Below, one piece after another: positions 17,643 through 17,899 of a stretch of DNA of 17,899 nt. The position numbers and the translations under genes are program-made. This DNA comes from an uncultured archaeon (lineage in GTDB: Archaea; Asgardarchaeota; Lokiarchaeia; Sigyniarchaeales; SOKP01), in contig CAYUTF010000068.1 in the NCBI GenBank assembly GCA_964447495.1, positions 1 through 17,899 on the forward strand. Reading direction: 5' to 3'. The notes under the pieces were generated by a model. That model was not told where the DNA came from and ran no database searches. It saw only the letters and a list, made by a program, of their open reading frames with translations. How positions within the stretch are numbered: position 1 is the first letter of the stretch; the number at the start of each line of letters is the position of its first letter.

Positions 17643-17897
17643 CTATTTATTGGGCAATCGGATACTTTTCTTCACAACAAATTTAGAATTTATGTTATTC
17701 TCGCGAGAAATGAAATGGATTTTATCTACAATGAATTTAAATGATTTCCATTGAGATTGAAGCTCTTGCATTGTTTTTAACATTAAATCTTTACCAGTTT
17801 TTTGTCCAAGGCTTAAATGAGGTATAAAGCCCTCTTTGTGCAAACTTACATTATTACAATCGGGTACAATTTGCTGGATGACTTTTTGAAGTTGAAT
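17643..17897 (-). CDS. 2H-phosphoesterase (2'-5' RNA ligase-like) family protein, C-terminal part; 5' end outside the window
   Basis: The frame stays open to the window edge: IQLQKVIQQIVPDCNNVSLHKEGFIPHLSLGQ...FIVDKIHFISR. PHLSL is the HxS/T motif. Confidence 0.75.
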   Translation of the reverse strand: MQLQKVIQQIVPDCNNVSLHKEGFIPHLSLGQKTGKDLMLKTMQELQSQWKSFKFIVDKIHFISRENNINSKFVVKKSIRLPNK

Positions 17898-17899
17898 AA

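Noticed and set aside
1-17899. tRNA/rRNA genes, CRISPR arrays, transposases, selenocysteine readthrough
   Set aside because: No GC-rich structured RNA, spaced repeat array or transposase motif was seen, and I saw no in-frame TGA at a catalytic Cys position in the redox genes. Inspection was by eye only.

Overview
An AT-rich, gene-dense prokaryotic window, most consistent with an Asgard archaeon (Lokiarchaeia-like). That assignment is an inference from archaeal BRE/TATA-like promoters, a short XPF/ERCC4 nuclease and several eukaryotic-signature-like proteins. The left part holds DNA-processing genes (ERCC4 nuclease; a TIGR03916-like radical SAM/HhH gene paired with a DUF4130 gene), TauE and DsrE sulfur-handling genes, and a feoA-feoB-ferredoxin operon. 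The middle holds a GDPD, a membrane protein with a perfect 30-nt duplication, and an acyl-CoA dehydrogenase. The right part is rich in membrane-trafficking-like genes: a 550-aa protein that appears to be a membrane-anchored, tandemly duplicated ESCRT-II (Vps22/Vps36, EAP30)-like protein, a longin-small GTPase fusion, a coiled-coil protein and a Rab-like GTPase. It also holds a phosphohexomutase, an uncalled 50-aa ORF and a truncated 2H-phosphoesterase. The best candidate for something new is the TM-anchored double ESCRT-II-like protein and its neighbourhood. All family calls come from motif recognition by eye; no searches were run.
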